In this document: positions 8,970-18,714 of the stretch, one piece after another
Layout: each line of letters starts with the position of its first letter
Position numbering within the stretch: position 1 is the stretch's first letter
Source: Dehalococcoidia bacterium
GTDB taxonomy: Bacteria > Chloroflexota > Dehalococcoidia > Plut-88900
Length of the DNA: 64,000 nt
Direction: 5' to 3'
Assembly (NCBI GenBank): GCA_965249275.1
Contig: CBDFLQ010000007.1
Location: 288,001 to 352,000 of the forward strand
Position numbers and translations under genes: made by a program
The notes under the pieces: model-generated
Databases searched by the model: none
The model's input: the letters and a program-made list of their open reading frames with translations, nothing else
Told to the model about the DNA's origin: nothing

Positions 8970-10103
8970 ATGCCAAACTTGGAAGTTCTATCCTCCGATT
9001 CTCACATAGTCGAACCCCCTGACCTCTGGATCTCGCGTATAGATCCCGCCTTCCGAGACCGCGCCCCCCACATGGTCATCGGCGATGATGGAATGGCCAA
9101 TTGGCTGGTGGAAGGCGACCAGCCCCTTGGCTCCGTTGGCGCTCCCTCCCAGGCGGGCCTCCGCTACGAAACTCCGGAGGCCATAACCTTCGAGGGTGCC
9201 CTTGATGATGTCCGGCCCGGTGCCTTCGACCCCGGCCCGCGCACAGAGGACATGCGAATCGACGGCGTAGACGGAGAGGTCATCTACCCCACCATCGGGG
9301 CCCGACTTTACACCATACTTGAACCGGACCTCCTCGCCGCCTGTTTTCGAGCCAGCAACGACTGGCTCGCCGACTTCTGTTCGGCAAACCCCGGCCTCTT
9401 CAAGGGAAATGCCCTCATATCCCTGGACGATGTCGAAGACGGTACCCGAGAGCTCGAAAGGTGCGCCAAGCTCGGATATCGCGGGGCCATGATCACCACC
9501 TACCCAGGCGATGACAAGCAGTACGAGCATCCCGACTACGAACCCTTCTGGTCCGCCGCCGAGTCCCTCGGCGTGGTACTCAGCATGCACATAGCCTCGA
9601 ACAGGCCGGGCCCCGGGCAGGTCAGCGTCTTCACCGTCAACGGCGACGAAGAAGGAGCGGCCGCCTTCAGCGTCAACCAGGACCACTGGGTCAGGAAATC
9701 CGTGGCTTCCATGATCTTTTCAGGCGTATTCGAAAGACACCCGGACCTGAACGTAGCGATCGTAGAGCACGAGCTTGCCTGGGCCCCATACTTCCTCCGG
9801 ACCATGGATTGGCTCTATTCCGAGCTAAGCCAAACGGCGCCCCATCGCTTCAAGGAGGGAGTCCTCCCCAGTGACTACTTCCGAAGCAATGTCACCATGA
9901 GCTTTCAGCAGGACGACATCGGGATTCAGCTGCGAGACCTCATCGGTGTCCAGTGCCTCACCTGGGGCTCAGACTATCCCCACGCCGAGTCCACTTGGCC
10001 CAAGTCCCGTGAGGTCCTCGCCAAAGTCCTTGCAGACGTCCCAGCCGACGAACAACGCAAGATAGTCTGCGACAACGTTGCGGGCCTCTTCGGCTTCGCC
10101 TAG
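8970..10103 (+). CDS. amidohydrolase_2 family protein, paralog of 4188-5321
   Basis: SSDSHIVEPPDLW, GVFERHP, WGSDYPH; start moved to ATG 8970 behind GGAAGG. Confidence 0.9.
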   Translation: MPNLEVLSSDSHIVEPPDLWISRIDPAFRDRAPHMVIGDDGMANWLVEGDQPLGSVGAPSQAGLRYETPEAITFEGALDDVRPGAFDPGPRTEDMRIDGVDGEVIYPTIGARLYTILEPDLLAACFRASNDWLADFCSANPGLFKGNALISLDDVEDGTRELERCAKLGYRGAMITTYPGDDKQYEHPDYEPFWSAAESLGVVLSMHIASNRPGPGQVSVFTVNGDEEGAAAFSVNQDHWVRKSVASMIFSGVFERHPDLNVAIVEHELAWAPYFLRTMDWLYSELSQTAPHRFKEGVLPSDYFRSNVTMSFQQDDIGIQLRDLIGVQCLTWGSDYPHAESTWPKSREVLAKVLADVPADEQRKIVCDNVAGLFGFA

Positions 10104-10825
10104 GCCCCTATCGGTCTGCCCATCAGTATCGACCTGGGCACATCCGCCGCCATCGCCCGCGCCCTTTGCAACCCCACAATCTTCCCCGCTTCCACCACTG
10201 CTTGCGCCATCACCGGGGCCCGGGGCCCGGTCGGCCTGTGACAATCGGTGCTGACTACGTGAACCCAGCCCTTCCTCAGTAGAATCTCCGCCGTGTCCCG
10301 CGCCTTCGATCCAAACCTCCCCAATATGCACGTCGAAGTCACCTGCCCGAGCATCCCCCTCCCCACCAGGTCCCCCATTATCGATGTGTCTCTCATGATG
10401 TCCGCCTGCCGTTCAGGGTGAGCAATCAGGGGCGTCAGTCCTTGCTCCTGAAGACGAGTCAGCACATCATCGGTGTAGTCGGGAAGGGAGTCGAAAGGAA
10501 GCTCAACCAGGATGTAAGGGCCCCCGCTGATCGGGAATCCCGCACCGTTCGCGACGAGTTCAGGAAGGTCCGGCGTCAGGTGGTTCTCCATCCCGACATA
10601 TATCTTTATGTCGAGCGTTTCTTCCTGCGACAGCCGGTTCAGCGTCCCGACGTACTCGGACACCAGGCCTAGAACCCCGGCCTCACGCACGTCCTTGCCG
10701 TGCGGAGTTGCCGCCATCCCTTTAATCCCGTCCCCCGACGCAGCCCTCAGCATCTTCATCGACTCTTCAATGGTCTTTGCACCATCGTCGAGGCCCGGCA
10801 GGATGTGGCTATGAAGGTCGAACAA
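10100..10825 (-). CDS. CpsB/CapC/YwqE PHP-family tyrosine phosphatase
   Basis: DLHSHILPGLDDGA, ATPH, IAHPER, STDCH. Confidence 0.9.
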   Translation of the reverse strand: MFDLHSHILPGLDDGAKTIEESMKMLRAASGDGIKGMAATPHGKDVREAGVLGLVSEYVGTLNRLSQEETLDIKIYVGMENHLTPDLPELVANGAGFPISGGPYILVELPFDSLPDYTDDVLTRLQEQGLTPLIAHPERQADIMRDTSIMGDLVGRGMLGQVTSTCILGRFGSKARDTAEILLRKGWVHVVSTDCHRPTGPRAPVMAQAVVEAGKIVGLQRARAMAADVPRSILMGRPIGA

Positions 10826-10833
10826 CCGGCGCC

Positions 10834-11535
10834 CTACCCCCGAAGGTTCATCACCTTGAACGCCTCGGCGTACGGAATGCCCTTGTCCCTGCCCAGGTTC
10901 TCTGCGTGATTCCGCAAGCTGTCAGCCACATTCCAGTCTTCCGTATCGGCCACCTGGCTCTTGTGGCACTTCAGGGCCGCAATCTTCAGGTCGATAGTCT
11001 CGGAGATGTCGAAGTGGGTGTCGGGGTCTTCGCTTCCCCAGAACAATATGTGCTTCACCTTATGGGGTTCCAGCCCCTCGGCGGCGTGTTCGGGGAAGTG
11101 GAGCCTGTCCCGGGCGTATGGAAAAGATGCGTCCAGGGTTACCTGTCCCGCCATGCGATGGTCCCGGTGCAGATAGAAGCTCCGGCGGAGGGGATAGGTC
11201 GTGAATACCGCATCTGGCTTGTGAATCCGAAGGTTCCTGACCAGCTTGCCGCGGAATTCCGTTGTATCTTCCAGGCCACCGTCCGGGTAATCGAGGAAAA
11301 CCACTTCACTCAGCCCCAGCACCCGACCGGCCTCCAGCTGCTCCTCCCGCCTGATCGCCGCGAGTTTCTCGGCAGTCATTTCAGGGTCGTCGGTCCCTTT
11401 GTCCCCGTTGGTGGCTACTACCAGGACGGCCTTGGCCCCTTCTTTGATCCACTTGGCTACTATGCCCGCACACCCGAACTCGAAATCGTCTGGGTGGGGC
11501 GTCACTACAAGGACTGAACTGGGGGTGGGAATCAT
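10834..11535 (-). CDS. PIG-L family N-acetylglucosaminyl deacetylase (MshB/BshB-like)
   Basis: PHPDD, TNGDKG, RREEQ, HRDH, ALKCHKSQ, YAEAF. Confidence 0.88.
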   Translation of the reverse strand: MIPTPSSVLVVTPHPDDFEFGCAGIVAKWIKEGAKAVLVVATNGDKGTDDPEMTAEKLAAIRREEQLEAGRVLGLSEVVFLDYPDGGLEDTTEFRGKLVRNLRIHKPDAVFTTYPLRRSFYLHRDHRMAGQVTLDASFPYARDRLHFPEHAAEGLEPHKVKHILFWGSEDPDTHFDISETIDLKIAALKCHKSQVADTEDWNVADSLRNHAENLGRDKGIPYAEAFKVMNLRG

Positions 11536-11713
11536 CAGATGCGTTGCTCCTGGAGTAAGTTATTAACCCGACCCCAATAACCGGGGTCGGCAAGCTACTT
11601 TCCTACACTCGAGACACCTCTGTCAATCCCGACAATGTCCCTCCCCCTTGCCCCACACCCCTCCAATCTGTAATCTGAGCACATAAGAGTCCCACCCCCA
11701 GGAGGCCGATACC

Positions 11714-12619
11714 ATAATTACCGTAAAAAGCTACCAGAATTCAGACCTAGACCGGCTCTGGGCCCTCACCAACTCCATCCACGGCGACAAAGGCTGGTGG
11801 GCCGCCCGATCCCCGGCCAACATGTCCGTGTGGCTGGGACAGCCCACCATCGACCCCGAGCGGGACGTCTTCCTCGCCTTGGACGGCGACCAACCCATCG
11901 CCTATCTAATAGCCAATATGGAGCCTCCCCTCAAGCGCGTAGTCCTCGAAGGCGCCGTCCACCCCGACCACCTTCACCGTGGAGCTGGCACCCGACTCGT
12001 CCAAGCCTCGGTTGACAGGGCGTCAGGCCTCGGCTACGAGATAGTCCAGATGGCTTTCCCCTTCGGCGCACTCAACACCCGCAGGCTCGCCAAGGGTTGC
12101 GGCTTTCGCTTCATCCGTAAGTTCTGGGAGATGAAGCTCGACGACCCCTCCACCGTCCCCGACCCCGGCCTGTCATCAGAATTCCAGCTCCGCCCCTTCA
12201 GAGACGGCGACGAAGACCGGCTCCGCTTTATCCAGAACCTGTCTTTTGCAAAGCACTGGGGCTACAGCCCCAATAGACTCGAAGACGTCCACTACAAGGT
12301 CCGCATGGGCCTCTTCAGCTTCGACGACATCCTCCTGGTCCTGGACAGCGACACACCCGTCGGATTCAACTGGACTCGGCTAGAGCGCGGAGATAAAAGC
12401 ACCCAAGGCTGGATCGGGATGATGGGCGCCCACCCCGAATACCGAGGCAAGGGCCTGGGCACGTCCATAATGAGGGCCGGCGTTCAATATCTGAGAGAAT
12501 CAGGCGCATCCCGCATCGACCTCACTGTCGACAGCCAGAACCCGAGCGCCCACAGGATATATCAAGCCGGGGGGTTCAGAAGACAGGCCGTGACGGTTTG
12601 GTACGAACGGGCCTTGTAA
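11714..12619 (+). CDS. tandem-GNAT acetyltransferase, MshD-like (inferred ATA start)
   Basis: two GNAT motif A copies (VHPDHLHRGAG, HPEYRGKGLG), GFNWT, LTVDSQNPSA; frame open upstream to ATA 11714 behind AGGAGG. Confidence 0.75.
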   Translation: MITVKSYQNSDLDRLWALTNSIHGDKGWWAARSPANMSVWLGQPTIDPERDVFLALDGDQPIAYLIANMEPPLKRVVLEGAVHPDHLHRGAGTRLVQASVDRASGLGYEIVQMAFPFGALNTRRLAKGCGFRFIRKFWEMKLDDPSTVPDPGLSSEFQLRPFRDGDEDRLRFIQNLSFAKHWGYSPNRLEDVHYKVRMGLFSFDDILLVLDSDTPVGFNWTRLERGDKSTQGWIGMMGAHPEYRGKGLGTSIMRAGVQYLRESGASRIDLTVDSQNPSAHRIYQAGGFRRQAVTVWYERAL

Positions 12620-12625
12620 ACGGTC

Positions 12626-13849
12626 TTAGTTAACCGCCCGGTACACCGATTCGTACAGACCCGCTACTCGACCGGCCACCGTAGGCCAGTCCAGCGCAGC
12701 CACCGACTCCCGCGCCTGCGACGCCAACAGTCCACGCAGCCGCACGTCATTTAGCAGCAGGCTGATCTTCTCGGCCAAAGCCTCGGGGTTCCGGTCCCGG
12801 ATCAGGCTGCCGTTCAGCCCGTCCTTCACAGTCTCAGGCAACCCCCCGACCGCCGTGGCTACCACGGGAGTGCCGCAGGCCATCGCCTCCGCCGCTACCA
12901 GCCCGAAGCTTTCGTAGAAAGAGGGGACCACACAGAGATCGGCCGCGTTGTAGTAGTGGACCAGCCGTTTGTGGGGTACCGTCCCTTCGAATGAAACCAG
13001 GTGATCTATCCCCAGTTCCCCTGCCAGCCGACGCACCTTCGTAACCTCTTCATCCCCCGTCACGTCCCCGCCCACGATCAACACCTTCACTTCCTCATCT
13101 AGCCCCAGCCTAGCCACCGATTCCAGCAAGAGCTCAGGCCCCTTGAGTGGCTGGACTCGGCCCACGTAGAGTAGGACATTCTCGTCGCCAAGCCCAAGTT
13201 CCCGTCGCGCTTCATCTTTGGGCATCGGCTTGAAGACATCCATGTCAACGCCGCAGGGGATGACCTGAATCCGGTCTCCCGGCGCCTCGTAGAAGTCGAT
13301 CATGTTGCCCCGCTCGTGTTCGCTCACGGCGACAATTCGGTCCGCCCGATGCAGAGTGTCCCTCTCCGACCGGATCCGCACTATGCTCTCGTTCTCCTCG
13401 GGCCGGGCGCGTATCTTCGCCTCTCCCAACGTGTGGAAGCTGGCGACGTGGGGAAGCCTTACGTGTTGATTAAGCCTCGACACCACCTCCCCCGACAACC
13501 AGTAGTGGCTGTGATACAGATCGTAGGCCAGCCCGCGCTCCCTTTGGAAGCTGATCATGTTTTCCACGAATTCCGGGAGTAGGGAATAGATGCCCTCTTT
13601 GGATTCGTACCAGGGCCCCGCCTTGATATGTATCACCCGAGATCCGGGCCCCAGGTCGACTATCTCGGGATCGTTCGGGTCGTGGAAGCGGGTGAAAACG
13701 TCGGCGCTGATCCCCAGGCTGCCCAGTTCCTTGGCCAGTTGAAGCAGATATACATTCATGCCCCCGGTGTCTTTCTCACCCAAACGAGCGAGGGGGCAAC
13801 CGTGGACGCTGACTAGCGCTATCCGCAAATTATCCTTGGACATGGACAC
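12626..13849 (-). CDS. mshA: GT4 glycosyltransferase, MshA-like
   Basis: SVHGCPL...DTGGMNVY, HSHYWLSG, FHTLG, GRVQPLKG, PSFYESFGLVAAEAMACGTPVV. Confidence 0.75.
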   Translation of the reverse strand: MSMSKDNLRIALVSVHGCPLARLGEKDTGGMNVYLLQLAKELGSLGISADVFTRFHDPNDPEIVDLGPGSRVIHIKAGPWYESKEGIYSLLPEFVENMISFQRERGLAYDLYHSHYWLSGEVVSRLNQHVRLPHVASFHTLGEAKIRARPEENESIVRIRSERDTLHRADRIVAVSEHERGNMIDFYEAPGDRIQVIPCGVDMDVFKPMPKDEARRELGLGDENVLLYVGRVQPLKGPELLLESVARLGLDEEVKVLIVGGDVTGDEEVTKVRRLAGELGIDHLVSFEGTVPHKRLVHYYNAADLCVVPSFYESFGLVAAEAMACGTPVVATAVGGLPETVKDGLNGSLIRDRNPEALAEKISLLLNDVRLRGLLASQARESVAALDWPTVAGRVAGLYESVYRAVN

Positions 13850-13885
13850 AGTGAACTGGTGTGTGTGCGCACTGAAAAGGACGCC

Positions 13886-14866
13886 CTAGCGGTTGGCCGA
13901 TATGGTGTAAACAACTTCGTCGACGGCCCCTAGGTGATATTTGTACGGCTCGGCGCCCCTCAGGAAATTGAATTCCGTTTTGCCATTCTCAATGGCTTGC
14001 TTAAGGCACAATGCCTTTAGTAGCAGCCCGACGCTAAGGTGTGAATACTCCGTATCGTACCCGCTGTTATAGAGGAAATATCGGTTGTCGTAGTCGAAGC
14101 AGATGGTCGAAGAAACCCGCTTGCCGTCCACTTCCAGAAAGCTGAGCCGCACGGCCCCGATCTTCGCAAGCCCCGAAAGTGTGTTCCTGAAGAACCCTCT
14201 CATCTTCGGGGTCATGAACGCCGCTTTGTCGACTCGGCTGCCCTCCAGCAACCCTAGAAACTCCTCCAAATCTTTGGGAAATCCGTCACATTGGGCAGCG
14301 ACATGATATCTCACGTCTCCAGCACTGTAAAGGCGGCGCAGCTTCCTGCGAAGCTCGTGGCGGTCTTTCTTGCTCAGCCCAGCTAGGTACTCGTCCCAGC
14401 TTCCCGGCAGCTTGACGGTCGGGCACACTTCCTCTGGCCGGATTGTCACCCCGACCCCACACTCCCGAAGGGAGTCCACGAGACTCGTCATGGTCGGAGA
14501 CTGACCATGGACCCCGTTCAGCGCCAATTCCTTCCACTCCATCCCAAGCACGTGCTCCGTGATCGCAGCATAAACCTCCTCCTCACGACCCTCCGCCACC
14601 ACGAAGTCCATGTAGTCGCAAACGTTGGCGCTGCCGATAAACGAAAGCTCGTTTGCTGCCCTCTTCAAGGGAAGCACTCCAACCAGTTCGTCACCATCCA
14701 TGCAGGCGTAAAGAAGCAATTCGTGGCCGTCAGCAAGAGAGTCCCACCACAGCTTATACCATTGGGGACTCAGGAAGATGTTGTTCTCCCCCGCCCTACC
14801 CAACAGCCCTTCCCATCGCGGCTCAAGCCCCGAGAAGGTCTCCCGCACCATTTGCAGACCCGTCAT
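13886..14866 (-). CDS. CelD/BcsL (Acetyltransf_6, Fem-like fold) GNAT protein
   Basis: LPGSWDEYLAGLSKKDRHELRRK, YNSGYD, FNFLRGAEPYK. Confidence 0.8.
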   Translation of the reverse strand: MTGLQMVRETFSGLEPRWEGLLGRAGENNIFLSPQWYKLWWDSLADGHELLLYACMDGDELVGVLPLKRAANELSFIGSANVCDYMDFVVAEGREEEVYAAITEHVLGMEWKELALNGVHGQSPTMTSLVDSLRECGVGVTIRPEEVCPTVKLPGSWDEYLAGLSKKDRHELRRKLRRLYSAGDVRYHVAAQCDGFPKDLEEFLGLLEGSRVDKAAFMTPKMRGFFRNTLSGLAKIGAVRLSFLEVDGKRVSSTICFDYDNRYFLYNSGYDTEYSHLSVGLLLKALCLKQAIENGKTEFNFLRGAEPYKYHLGAVDEVVYTISANR

Positions 14867-15426
14867 TAACTCCCCTGCAGAATCGAAATAAGCTGTTCTT
14901 TGGTATATCGGCCCCGCTCGAAGTCACCCCTTGTCGCCAGTGTGACGATGCGAGTCCCGGGCTTCTGAATCCCCCGCATGGTCATGCACAGGTGCTCGGC
15001 GTTTAACATCACCACCAACCCGTCCGGCGATACTGCTTCGAATATCGTATCAGCCGCCTGCTGCGTCAACCGCTCCTGCATCTGCGGCCTCCGAGACAGT
15101 ATCTCCACGACTCGGGCCAGTTTGCTCACCCCCGCTACCTTCCCGCTCGGAATGTAGCCTATGTCCGCAGACCCAAAGAAGGGAAGCAGGTGGTGCTCAC
15201 ACATCGAGTAAAAAGGCATGTGCCGCACCATGACCAGGTCGTCATGGTCTGCTTCGAAACTCGCAGCCAGCTCCTTGGAGGGGTCCTGGTCGATTCCCGA
15301 AAACAGCTCTTCATACGCCACCGCCACCCGAGTCGGCGTGTCCAGCAACCCGTTGCTCGGGCTCAGCGCCCCGAGCCCGGCTATTATCTCTCCGACCGCC
15401 TTTTCTATGGCTTCTTTGTCTACCAA
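14866..15426 (-). CDS. folE: GTP cyclohydrolase I
   Basis: TPTRVA, SMCEHHLLPF, SKLARVV, QMQERLT, HLCMTMRG. Confidence 0.95.
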   Translation of the reverse strand: MVDKEAIEKAVGEIIAGLGALSPSNGLLDTPTRVAVAYEELFSGIDQDPSKELAASFEADHDDLVMVRHMPFYSMCEHHLLPFFGSADIGYIPSGKVAGVSKLARVVEILSRRPQMQERLTQQAADTIFEAVSPDGLVVMLNAEHLCMTMRGIQKPGTRIVTLATRGDFERGRYTKEQLISILQGS

Positions 15427-15435
15427 CTGTCCATC

Positions 15436-16506
15436 CTAAGTCGCAGACCGGACCCGGCTAAGTCCAAGGACGGACTCAACTCCCTCCACTGTTGGAGGAG
15501 CCTCCAGGAACGTACCTCTGCTCTGCAGGGCAATCTCCTGGTCTTTGAGTCCCGTACCCGTGATCACGCACACCGCCGAGGCCTCGCGAAAATCTTTCCC
15601 GTCCCGCACCATTTTATACAGCCCCGCCACCGAGGCGGCAGAGGCCGGTTCTCCAAATATCCCCTCTTTTTCCGCAATCGTTCGGTAGGCAGCCAGAATC
15701 TCATCGTCAGTGACCTTGTCTATTACCCCACCCGACTCCCTCTCCGCCGCCAGCGCCCCGCTCCAGCTCGCCGGGTTCCCTATTCTGATCGCCGAGGCCA
15801 CAGTTTCGGGGTTCTCTATTGGCTTCCCTTCGACTATTGGAGCAGCCCCGGCAGCCTGAAAACCCATCATCCGCGGCCTGTTCCCCGCCTTCCCCAAATC
15901 TGCATATTCTTTGAAACCCTTCCAGTACGCCGTGATGTTCCCTGCGTTGCCCACGGGCACGAAAAGGTAGTTCGGGGCCTCTCCCAGATCGTCCACTATC
16001 TCGAAGGCTGCCGTCTTCTGTCCTTCTATTCTGTTGGGGTTCAGAGAATTCACGAAGGCCACTTCATAAGTGTCGGTGAGAGTCTGGGCAATGCGTAATA
16101 TCTCGTCGAAACTGCCGTCTACACTGACCAGCTTGGCCCCGTGGACCAGTGCCTGGGAAAGTTTGCCTCTGGCTATCCGACCCTTGGGCGCCAGCACGTA
16201 GGTCGCCAGCCCGAATCGTGCCCCGAACGCCGATGCCGAGGCGCTCGTGTTCCCTGTGGAGGCGCACATGATGGCCTCCGCATTCGCTTCCAGGGCCTTC
16301 GCCACCGCAACTACCATTCCCCGGTCCTTGAAAGAACCCGTGGGGTTGCATCCCTCCAGTTTGAAATAGAGCCTCCCGACACCCAATTCCTTCTCAATCG
16401 TCCTCGAACGCACTAGGGGAGTGCTGCCTTCGCCAATGGTGATCATCGGCGTTGAGCGTGTGAGCGGGAGATATTCGCCGTACCTGCTGAGAACTCCCTG
16501 TCCCAT
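15436..16506 (-). CDS. thrC: threonine synthase
   Basis: NPTGSFKDRG, CASTGNT, EGQKT, PVGNAGN. Confidence 0.95.
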   Translation of the reverse strand: MGQGVLSRYGEYLPLTRSTPMITIGEGSTPLVRSRTIEKELGVGRLYFKLEGCNPTGSFKDRGMVVAVAKALEANAEAIMCASTGNTSASASAFGARFGLATYVLAPKGRIARGKLSQALVHGAKLVSVDGSFDEILRIAQTLTDTYEVAFVNSLNPNRIEGQKTAAFEIVDDLGEAPNYLFVPVGNAGNITAYWKGFKEYADLGKAGNRPRMMGFQAAGAAPIVEGKPIENPETVASAIRIGNPASWSGALAAERESGGVIDKVTDDEILAAYRTIAEKEGIFGEPASAASVAGLYKMVRDGKDFREASAVCVITGTGLKDQEIALQSRGTFLEAPPTVEGVESVLGLSRVRSAT

Positions 16507-16519
16507 CAGTCCCTCTCCC

Positions 16520-17833
16520 TCAACCTTCAACCCGAATCACGTTCCCGATCTCCCTCACGGCCTCGAGCCCCTCCATCCTCCCAACCGAACCCCGCATCGA
16601 CTTCTCCGATGCGGGGTGTGTCATCAATACAATTTCGGCGGTATTGTTCTCGGGGTCCGACCTCTTCTGGATCACCGAGGCCAGGCTTATCTGCATCTCG
16701 TTAAATATCTGCGTTATCTGCGCCAGGACACCATAGGTGTCCTCCACCGTCATCCGCACGTAGAACTGGCTCTCGCTCTCTACCATCGGCCTTATCGCCT
16801 TCGGCACGGCCGACGATACCAGCCACCCGTTGGCCTGGCCCATCGACATCGCCTTGGCGATTCTCAAGACGTCGGAGATAACGGCGCTGGCGGTGGGCTC
16901 GGGGCCCGCACCCCGGCCATATAGCAGTATCCTGCCCGCCACGTCAGTGTCTATCTGGATGGCATTGAAAACACCGTCCACCTTGGCTAACAGCAGGTCT
17001 TCGGGCAGAAGCGTGGGATGCACCCCTACTTGAATCGACTTCCCATCATTCTTGCCTATGGCCAGCAGCTTGATCGCGTACCCCAGCTCCTGGGCGTACT
17101 GAAAGTCCCGCGCCGTTAGCCCAGATATGCCCTCACAATACACGTCCGAGGTTCGTACCTCCGAATGGAAGGCCAGGCTGGCGATTAGGGCCAGCTTGTG
17201 GGCCGAATCCGTCCCTTCTATGTCGGCAGAGGGGTCGGGCTCTGCATAACCCAGCTCCGAGGCCTCCTTCAAGGCCTCCCCAAACTCAATACCCTCTTGC
17301 GACATCCGGGTCAGGATGTAGTTGGTTGTCCCGTTAATGATGGCTGTGATGCCGGTAACTTCGTTGGCAGATAGGTCGTGGTGGAGGGTGCTTATAAGGG
17401 GAATCCCGCCACCTGCGCTGGCCTCATACAGAAGCGCAACGCCTTGACGCTGTGCCAGCCCCGAAAGATCAGGCCCGTGCTTGCCCATCACCTCTTTGTT
17501 GGCCGTCACCACGTGCTTGCCCCTCGACAAGGCGTCACAGATATACTCTCGTGCTGGCTCTTCTCCACCCATCAATTCGACTATTATGTCGACTTCCGGG
17601 TCTTGGAGCAGGTCAGCCGCGTCGGTAGTGAACAGTTCAGGTGCTAGGGAAGCAGGTCTGGGTTTGGACGTGTCTCTTACCAGCGCTCGCCGGATTTCGA
17701 TATAGGCCCCGGGGCCCGCATCCAGGACCCCCGCTTTCTCTTCCAGTACTGCCGCCACCCCACTCCCCACTACCCCAACTCCCATAAGTCCAATCCCGAT
17801 CTTCTTCGATGGGGAAGCTGGTTGGGTGTTCAT
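16520..17833 (-). CDS. hom: homoserine dehydrogenase with C-terminal ACT domain
   Basis: GVGVVGSG, VVTANK, GGGIP, NGTTNYIL, GYAEPDP, GRGAG. Confidence 0.95.
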   Translation of the reverse strand: MNTQPASPSKKIGIGLMGVGVVGSGVAAVLEEKAGVLDAGPGAYIEIRRALVRDTSKPRPASLAPELFTTDAADLLQDPEVDIIVELMGGEEPAREYICDALSRGKHVVTANKEVMGKHGPDLSGLAQRQGVALLYEASAGGGIPLISTLHHDLSANEVTGITAIINGTTNYILTRMSQEGIEFGEALKEASELGYAEPDPSADIEGTDSAHKLALIASLAFHSEVRTSDVYCEGISGLTARDFQYAQELGYAIKLLAIGKNDGKSIQVGVHPTLLPEDLLLAKVDGVFNAIQIDTDVAGRILLYGRGAGPEPTASAVISDVLRIAKAMSMGQANGWLVSSAVPKAIRPMVESESQFYVRMTVEDTYGVLAQITQIFNEMQISLASVIQKRSDPENNTAEIVLMTHPASEKSMRGSVGRMEGLEAVREIGNVIRVEG

Positions 17834-17922
17834 ACTTGGGGATATGCTAAAACGCTGCGGGAATATCCGGCCCTGCTCTCCAGGCGCCGAGGCACGGACC
17901 GTTGTCAAAGTCCTTCGACGCC

Positions 17923-18231
17923 TTACGCAGAGACGACTATTGGGCCGGTGTCCATCGTGTGGGTCGGGGCAATGGGCAGTAAAGCTATGGTCCGGGCCCT
18001 CTTTATGGCCGTGGTCAGCCTGCGCTGGTGCTTTGCGCAGGTGCCGGTCTTCCGCCGGGGCTCGATCTTCGCCCTGTCGGAAATGAAACGTTTCAGTTTC
18101 GTCGGGTCTTTGTATTCTATGGTCTTTACCTTGTCTACGCAGAACGAGCAGACCTTACGCCTGCGTGCGAACCACGTTTTGCCTCCCCGCCGCTCCCTTG
18201 GTGGACCCGATCTCGACCTTGACTGGACCAA
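17923..18231 (-). CDS. rpsR: 30S ribosomal protein S18 (zinc-binding type)
   Basis: CSFC...YKD...TGTCAKHQR. Confidence 0.97.
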   Translation of the reverse strand: MVQSRSRSGPPRERRGGKTWFARRRKVCSFCVDKVKTIEYKDPTKLKRFISDRAKIEPRRKTGTCAKHQRRLTTAIKRARTIALLPIAPTHTMDTGPIVVSA

Positions 18232-18307
18232 TTTAGACCATCCCTTTCTCGAACTCGCTCAGAGGCGTGACGTTAGAACTCAGTATGTCTTGACTTGATT
18301 GGGCGCG

Positions 18308-18712
18308 CTAGAAGGGCAGGTCCTCATCCCCGACTCCGGTATTCTCCCCGTACGCCTCGTCCCCAGGGACGGTTACCACGGGTTGCCGGTCCAGGAACAG
18401 GACTCGGTCGGCTATGATCTCGTTCGTGAATCTGGTCTGGCCGTCGCGGCCCTCCCAGGTATCGCTCTTCAGCCTGCCTTCTACGTAGACCCGCTTGCCC
18501 TTTTGTAAGAATTGATTGCAGGACTCGGCCTGCTGGTTCCAGGCGACTACCCTGAACCACTCGGTCTCCTGCCGCCGCTCACCACCTTTTGGTGTGTAGG
18601 ACCTGCTCACCGCAATTCGAAATGAAGTTACGGCGTTGCCGTTGGGGGTGTACCGCATCTCGGGGTCCGTCCCCAGGTTGCCGATCACCATCATCTTGTT
18701 CAAGCCAACCAT
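18308..18712 (-). CDS. ssb: single-stranded DNA-binding protein
   Basis: GNLGTDPEMRYT, VYVEGRL, C-terminal DLPF. Confidence 0.97.
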   Translation of the reverse strand: MVGLNKMMVIGNLGTDPEMRYTPNGNAVTSFRIAVSRSYTPKGGERRQETEWFRVVAWNQQAESCNQFLQKGKRVYVEGRLKSDTWEGRDGQTRFTNEIIADRVLFLDRQPVVTVPGDEAYGENTGVGDEDLPF

Positions 18713-18714
18713 GA

